Source: Nemertoderma westbladi
Taxonomy: Eukaryota > Animalia > Xenacoelomorpha
Assembly: GCA_032718475.1 (NCBI GenBank)
Contig: JAUCBJ010006660.1
Span: 41,379-105,378, forward strand
Direction: 5' to 3'
DNA length: 64,000 bases
In this document: positions 63,504-64,000 of the stretch, one piece after another
How the letters are laid out: each line of letters begins with the position of its first letter
Position numbering within the stretch: the first letter of the stretch is position 1
Translations under genes and position numbers: made by a program
Notes under the pieces: model-generated
The model's database searches: none
Seen by the model: only the letters and a program-made list of their open reading frames with translations
What the model was told of the DNA's origin: nothing

Positions 63504-64000
63504 TGTGACGGGATCGGAGATCCCGACCGGGTTAGAAATGTACTCGTCACCATTCTGCTGAGCAGGCGTGTCACTCGCTTTGGCCGAAGGCCGTTGGGGA
63601 AAACAATAAGAGTTTGGGTTGTTTCTCGTTATTGATTAACATGGGCGATAATAACACGTTGATACTGATAAATGAATATAGCAGAAAATACAAGTTAATT
63701 GTTACCGGTATAGCGGTGGCGGTCATTAACTATGACCGGTCTGCACTGACTGAATAACTCAACTGACCGGTAAAACCAGTAATGTAGGATAATATATGAT
63801 TGATCACACATTGAATATTGGTTTCACCTCCTACTGTACTTTGGCCCTCTACCCAATGGATGCTTTCCTGCTCCTTATCACGTGCTTCCCTCCCCACTAT
63901 TGGCTAATATACTAATTGTCACTTTGGCACTCCCTGCGAGTGTTTCCCCTCCGACTGCTAGCCTCTACTAGCTGTCTTCCCTCCGAGGTGGTTTGACCTC
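63504..64000 (-). repeat. 5' LTR of element C, runs off the window
   Basis: Starts tgtgacgggatc like the B LTR and shares gatgc(c/t)ttc and gagtgtttccc blocks. Confidence 0.8.

Larger units (their letters stand above)
33760..64000 (-). mobile_element. BEL/Pao-type element C: degenerate, host of A2, D and the hAT fragment; 3' LTR not found; left boundary approximate
   Basis: LTR starts tgtgacgggatc at 63504, like B; fragmented gag (62968-63396, 62030-62785, 58147-58536 with PFKFDGSRPEEYLQF, 56201-56830); protease LVDSGAAFTLV..IIVGMD continuing as AILTPFGWTLSG beyond A2; collinear with B. Confidence 0.85.

Overview
Animal (probably invertebrate) genomic DNA, almost all transposable elements, with one clear host-type gene: an intronless, divergent SLC6/NSS transporter (802-2889, minus). 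Most of the window is a nested stack of BEL/Pao-type LTR retrotransposons, none with RT or integrase. Element A1 (9457-21798, +) sits inside an RTE-like LINE. Element C (about 33760 to beyond 64000, minus) is interrupted by A2 (36025-55690, +), a solo LTR D (56968-58151, minus) and a hAT-like fragment. A2 itself contains element B (42920-50086, minus). RTE-like, Penelope-like, CRE-like, PIF/Harbinger and Tc1/mariner-like remnants fill the rest. Main discovery candidate: none of the three LTR families has a tRNA primer-binding site. In each, the 9-11 nt right after the 5' LTR are the exact reverse complement of a segment inside the element's own LTR, and the two segments co-vary between related elements B and C. 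This suggests Tf1-like self-primed reverse transcription in BEL/Pao elements. Family A also carries two conserved orphan accessory ORFs (one with tandem zinc knuckles and a basic tail) and covarying RNA structures. All calls are by eye; no searches were run.
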